From assembly GCF_009914755.1 (NCBI RefSeq), contig NC_060947.1: 64,000 bases of DNA; one strand, written 5' to 3'. Within the stretch, counting starts at the first letter, position 1. Every line of letters begins with the position of its first letter. The stretch is from the human T2T-CHM13v2.0 reference genome, Homo sapiens. The notes under the pieces are model-generated. The model was not told the DNA's origin, did no database searches, and worked only from the letters and a program-made list of their open reading frames with translations. Of this stretch, positions 57,900 to 64,000 are shown one piece after another. Both the position numbers and the translations under genes were made by a program.

Positions 57900-60800
57900 T
57901 CCCACCATGGCCAATTTTAAGGACAAGGAACACTAAGTTACAAGGAAATGACAATAATCAGTTCTCATTAGATGGTAAGGACAGGTGTGAACACTGTGTT
58001 ACAGCTAACCAGGAGAAAAAGGAATGTTACGGAACTTAAACTGCTTAGAATGTTGATATAATAAAGGGGGATAGGGAAACAGCAAGCACTGAGGCTGGTG
58101 AGCCAGGCAGAAGTCAGAGTGGGAGGAGCCTTGAGGTCTCTCCAGGAGATTCAGGGACCATAGGATTTGGTAGTGATTCAGGTATGGGATGATCATGGCC
58201 CTCATCATTGTAGTGACCACAGTATTTTGCAGGAATCCAAAAAACAGATGATAGACATGTCCGTAACCATGATAGTGCCCATGGGATTTTGTAGCTATAG
58301 AGTGAAAAGATGACAGTGGCCATATCCAGGGTAATGTCTACGGGAATTTGTGAATATCCAGGTAAGAAATGAGTGTTTCTACTTAGGAATTGAACATGGG
58401 ATACTGAAGTTATAAAGGTAGGAAATGATGATAAACCTAACAGTGGGGGTGAGCATGGTGTTTTCTAGATATCCAGATAAGAGAGGATGATGGCCCTAAC
58501 TCGAGTACCAAAATTGGATTTCCTCAGGTAAGCACATAGGAGCTGAAGATGTTTCTTACCATGTTAGTGAACATGGCATTTTGTGCTATTCCAGACATGA
58601 TGGCGAACCTAACCACAAAATGACCATGAGATTGTCAGGGGTCTAGTAAAGACATGATGGTGCCCTTAACTGTGAAGGTTATGACGAAATTTGTAGGTCA
58701 GTAATTAAGAGATGATGCTGATAATAACCACAGTAAGGAGCAGGGGATTTTGCAAGTAACCAGGTAAGAGATGATGGTATCTCTAAAAATATGGTGACCA
58801 TGGAATTTTGAGGATATCCAATCAAGGAATAATGTGTTACTAGTAATGGTAGTACCAAGGGATTTTACAGTTACCCTGGAAAGAAATGATGTGTCCCTAG
58901 CAATGGCATTTAATCTGGGTAATTTGTAGGTCTTCATGTATGGTAGGCTTCTCTAAATCTGGTAGATCTCACGGGCTTCTGTAGGCATCCACATGAGAGA
59001 TGACGTGACACAAATTGCAACCAATTGCCACCATTGTAACCTAGGTGTTTTATAAGTATCCAGCTTAAAGCTGTAGCTTTATTTATTCCTTGGATGTAAG
59101 ACTTTCATGTTATCTATTGTTTTCTTTCTTTTTGAAACAGAGTCTGGCTGAGGTAAGTGCTGATGTGGGCCTAAACCACAGCCTGCACCGTGGGACTGTC
59201 ACAGAGACACAGTTGAGTGATGATGTGTCCCTACAGGCCTTACCACCATTATTTCCTTCATACTTATTCAGGTGAGAAATGATTGAGTCTTGTCTTGGTA
59301 AGTGATGATGGTGATGATGGTGTAGGCCTCCCTGTTGTTCCCGATTTCGCTTCAGGTGTCCCTGACATATTCGAAACCGTGAGTTTTCCCTCTGCATATT
59401 TCAGAGACAATGCCTAACCCCGTGTTCACAGTGGAACTTTGAATACTTGGTAATTATCCGGTGTTCCTTCCCACAGCAGTGACCATGGACATTTTGCAGG
59501 TGTCCTGTAGAGAGAAATGCTGTCTTCTGGGACCACCGCCCTGAGCTTGGGGGCCCCCACTAGCATTCAGGTAAGAGTCCTTCAGTGATGGATGTGAGCA
59601 TCGTGATTTGCAGGTGTCCTGGTAGAACACCTTGTGTGTTTCTGAGGCATATATCTCAGTATATGTTTTCCAGGTTCCCGGGAGAAAATCCTGAAGAACG
59701 GGGGTCATGAGCAGGGGACGTGTCTGCTATCTGGGTAAGTGATTGTGTGCACCATAAACTTACCACGGACAACCTGATCTTCACGTTTGTAGGTCAGTGA
59801 GGTTCCTTTCCCTGAACAGTTTACCATGTGATGCGTTTATGGGTATTCCGGTAAGAAAGGGTAGTGGCTCCTCGTTCTCCTTGCCATGTAATCCTATTGT
59901 TTTCTGTCTTGGAGAGAACGTATGAGGTAAGTACCCTGTGAGTGCTGATGGATTGGCACGTAACCAGGGAACTCCAGTGGCACTGTGCATCACAGGAGTA
60001 ACTAAGGTGGATGTGCAGAGAAGACGGCCAGAGAAAATGAAGTGTCCTATGATGTCCTACCCCTTGGAGCAACCACAAGCATCCAGGTAGATTTTTGGCT
60101 CCCACAATGATGTTAGTGAGCAGGTGGTTTTCTGGGTCCTGGTGGAAAAGCTGTGTCTGTAGGCAGATTGTAACACATGTGGTTTCACATTCCCTTCCAG
60201 AAGTCAAGGGAACCCTCATTATGCTCGAGCAGGGGCACTCTGCCCATATCCAGAGAGGAGACAGTATGGGCGTAAGCAGGCCATGGACGATCCAGTCTTC
60301 CGATACACAGGTAATCACCGATGTCATTCCTGCTATTTTTCCTGTCCTGCCATGGGTTTTCTCAGCTCATTTTCTGTTTTTTATTTTCTGCAGTTATTCA
60401 GTTAAGAAACAATGCTCTGCCAACCAAGGCTAGTAAGCATTAGTCCTTGCTGTGTTCGACTTTAGGATAATGTGCATTGAACCTGAGTCCGTGTTGACTG
60501 TGGTAGATGCGGGTGTCCAGGTGAATTATCCTACTCTACCAGACCACAGGATGGAATGATAGTTCTGACACATCCTCAGTCCAGAGCCGATAGTGGCGCC
60601 AACAGTGGGGTGGACGTTGGAGTTCTGCCAGGATCTAGGTAAGGTTGATGGTTCCCGGATGATGGCAGTGACCAGCCTGTGCGGTGCGTGTCTTTTTCGT
60701 CTTTCAGGTATGCCAAGTGGCATCCCGGAAAACACCTGTCAGATGCGTTTCTTCTGCTGCTGCTAGTCATGAGATCAAGGTGGGTCTGAGAATGGCCATT

Positions 60801-63800
60801 CAGAGGCCCTGGATAGTAACCAGGTAATGGATGACACCAGTCCTATGCCAATACAGACCACTTGAACTTCAGATTTCCTGGACAAAGAGGGCACTGTCCT
60901 TGACACAGTGTTTTTCCCATGGTTTCCTGCAGGAGTCCCGTAAAGTTCTCTTCCTGTAGAGAGGTAGGAGATGTTGTGGCATTACCTCATGAAAGACATT
61001 CTGAATTTCCTGCATGTAGATAGTTAATGATGGTTTAAGTCTGGTAGAGTAACCTTGTGTTTGGCATATGTGTCATTGAGAAAAAATAATTAGTGATTCC
61101 CAATGCCAGTAAGCATGAGATTTTACTGTTTGCTTATTCAGAGGTAAGGGCTTTTATTTTTTTTTTTCGGTAAATCTGACCCTCCACGTGAGAAACAGAT
61201 ATGCCAGTGCCCAGGTAGTTGATCATATTGTCTGTCACCCCGATGTGGACTGTGCTGTTTCTCCAGGTATCCCTCGGAGGCTCTGGCTTAGATATTTTCA
61301 GTTATCTGGGTAACCTGGATGAGTTGCGAAACGATACCAATGAACAAGAGTATTTGTGGGTGTCCTCGTAGCATAGGTTGTGTACCAAGCAGAGTTTCCC
61401 CAATATGTCTTTCAGATGAATGTCAGGGCATCACAGCAGGCCTTTTGAAGCTAGGTAACGTGGGGCATTGCTGGCTGAGGTAAGTGCTGACACAGGCCTA
61501 AACCACAGCCCGCAGCATCGTACTGTCACAGAGGCTTATTTCAATGATGATGTGCCCCTACACATCTTCCCGCCATGATTTCTTTTCCATGTATTCAGAT
61601 GAGAAATGATTCCGTTTTCACCACTCCCAGATAGGCCGGGTTTTCCCATTTTATAAAAGTATATGCTGAACCCTGTGAGTGTTGAGGGATTGCAGGGAGC
61701 CAGGTATTTATCGCTGTGTTCCCCACTTCTGTGCTGCCGCTCCGATTTCTAGAGATGTGCAGTTGAGAAACAGTAGTTTTCTGCTGTCAGGGTCGACCTG
61801 AGATTACTGCAACTATACACATCGAGTGGGTGTGTCCCATAAAGATGGAAATAAACATGGGACTTTGTGGGAGTCTTTGCAGAAAACCCCCTGTCTTTTT
61901 ACACATATGTATTGGTGCCTCTTTCAGATTCCTGCTATGACATCACAGTGAATCCAACATGGGTCCCTATCAGGAAGCAGGGCTGCTCTGCAGGTCAAGG
62001 CTGCATGAGGACCCAAAGCAACACATGGGCCACTTGAAGTTCAGGTGTATAGGTAAGTGAGGATGGTGTCCATACTTCCTGTTGTTCCCATGATTTCACC
62101 TCAGGTGTCCTGGTCAGAAATGACAAATGTCCCTGGCACACTAGAAACCGTGAGATTTCCCTCTGCATATTTCAGAGACAATGTCTAACCCAGTGAGCAC
62201 AGTGGGACTGCAAATACCAGGTAATGATCTTGGGGTTCCCAGCCACAGCGATTACGCTGGACATTTTGCAGGTGTCTTGTAGAGAGAAATGCTGTTTTCT
62301 GGGCCTGCAGCCCTGAGCTTAGGGGGTCCCACCAGCATCCAAGTAAGAGTCCTTCAACGATGGATGCGAGCATTGTGATTTGCATGTGTCCTGTTAGAAC
62401 ACTTTGTGTGTTTCTGAGGCATATATCTCAGTGTAGGTTTTCCAGGGTCCCACAAGGAAATCCCGATAAACAGGAGTCAGGATCAGGGAACACGTCTGCT
62501 ATCTGGGTAAGTGATGGTGTTCATGGTAAACTCACCACACACCAGGCGATCTCCACATACCTAGGTAAGCAAGGTTCCTTTGCCTGAAGGGTTTATCATG
62601 TGATGGGTTAACAGGTATTTTGGTAAGAAAGGGTAGCGGCTCTCCGTTCTCCTCGCCATGTGATCCTATTGATTTCTACCCTGGAAAGAATGTATGATGT
62701 ATGTGGTCTGTGAGGGCTGATTGATTGTCACATACCCAGGGAACTCATGTGGCATTGTGCATCACAGGAGTAACTGTGGTGGATTTGCAGGGAAACTGGC
62801 CAGGGAAAAATAGTGTGTCCTACAATGGCCTAGACCCTGGAGGGCCTGCAAGCATCCAAATACATTTTTGACTCCCACAGTGATTATACTGAGCAAGGCG
62901 GTTTGCAGGATCCTGATGGAAAAGCTGTGTCTGTTGAGCCATTGATCACACTTGCAGTTTCAGGTTCAGGCAGGCAGAAGTCAGAGCATGAGGACAACAT
63001 TGAGGTCTCTCCAGGCGATTTATGGACTCTCGGATTTGGTAGTGATTCAGGTACGAGATGATCATGGCTCTCATCATTGTAGTGACCATGGTATTTTGAA
63101 GGAATGCAAAAACAGATGATGGGCCCGTCCCTGACCATGGTAGTGCCCATGGGATTTTTTAGCTATAGAATGAAAAGATGACAATGACCATCTCCATGGT
63201 AATGTCTGAAATTTTTAAAATATCCAGGTAACAAATGAATGTTTCTGCTTAGGAAGTGAACATAGAATACTGAAGTTACAGAGTTAAGAAATGATGATAA
63301 ACTTCACCATGGGGGTGACCATGATATTTTCTAGATATCGAGATAAGTGAGGATGGTGACCCTAACTTGACTACCAAAATTGAGTTTGCTCAGGTAGGCA
63401 TGAAGGAGCTGATGATGCCGCTTCCCATGTTAGTGAATATGACATTTTGTGGTATTCCAGATATGATGGCGAACCTAATCACAAAATAACCATGAGATCA
63501 TGAGATTGTCAGGGGTCTAGTAAAAAGATGGTGGTCCCCTTAACCATGAAAGTTATGATGAAATTTTGTAAGCCAGTAATTAAGAGATCACAGAGATCCT
63601 AACCGTGATACTGAACAAGGAATTTTGCAAATCACCAGGTAAGAGATGATTGTGTCTCTAAAAATGTGGTGACCGTGGGATTTTGCAGATATCCAATTAA
63701 GGAATAATGTGTTCCTAGAAATTGTAGTACCAAGGTATTCAGCAGTTACCCAGGAAAGAAATGGTATGTCCCTAGCAATGGCATTTAATCTGGGTAATTT

Positions 63801-64000
63801 GTAGGTCTCCATGTATGGTAGGTTTTTCTAAATCTGATAGATCTCATGGGCTTCTGTAGGCATCCGCATGAGAGATGATATGTCATAAATTGTAAGTAAC
63901 TGCCACTACCGTAACCAAAGTATTTTATAAGTGTCCAGCTAAGAGCTCTGGCTTTATGTATTTGTTGGATTTATGACCATTTTTTTCTGTGTTTTCATAG
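57900..64000 (+). repeat. Degenerate ~58-bp tandem array with kb-scale internal duplications; runs off the window
   Basis: The CCATGGGATTTT-like motif recurs at about 58158, 58217, 58279, 58338, 58394, 58453, 58511, 58571, 58624, 58682, 58740, 58798, 58855, 58914 and 58969; block 58104-59100 is repeated at 62972-63990. Confidence 0.9.

Noticed and set aside
58430-63605. CCCTAA in the monomer as an interstitial telomeric repeat
   Set aside because: Only isolated, often degenerate single hexamers occur, never tandem TTAGGG.
58005-63812. Array as a repeat-protein (mucin-like) coding exon; paired ORFs at 58698-58937 and 63588-63812
   Set aside because: The period of about 58 is not a multiple of 3, stops are frequent in all frames, and the paired ORFs simply reflect the DNA duplication.
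58104-63990. Identification with known ~5-kb macrosatellites (RS447/USP17, CT47, ZAV)
   Set aside because: There is no USP17- or CT47-like ORF and the copies look too diverged. I cannot exclude a known array without a database search.
57900-64000. Array as a CRISPR locus
   Set aside because: The DNA is primate, the whole monomer is homologous with no unique spacers, and there are no cas genes.
57900-64000. Array as a C/D-box snoRNA cluster (ATGATG resembles box C)
   Set aside because: The consensus is GATGATGG rather than RTGATGA, there is no regularly paired CTGA box D or terminal stem, the period is only 58 bp, and I see no similarity to SNORD113-116.

Overview
Primate (probably human) genomic DNA, judged from about 12 Alus plus L1, L2, MIR, MaLR/ERV1 LTRs and MER DNA transposons. 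No intact protein-coding gene can be supported, and nearly all ORF-track hits are Alu, microsatellite or decayed-TE artefacts. Bases 1-57.9 kb are TE-dense, with a small CpG-rich promoter-like island at about 38.5-39.0 kb and a candidate minus-strand exon at about 14.0-14.8 kb whose 132-codon frame is broken by one TGA. The most striking feature runs from about 57.9 kb off the end of the window: a nearly TE-free, degenerate ~58-bp tandem array with kb-scale internal duplications. Its hand-built consensus is GTGACCATGGGATTTTGCAGGTATCCAGGTAAGAGATGATGGTGTCCCTAACCACGGTA. On the + strand each monomer carries a branch-point-like, a 3' splice-site-like and a 5' splice-site-like motif. On the - strand it resembles the first ~43 nt of U1 snRNA, including a stem-loop-I-like hairpin. 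Repeat family names come from recalled consensus sequences, not a RepeatMasker run. Coordinates are approximate unless a TSD is quoted.
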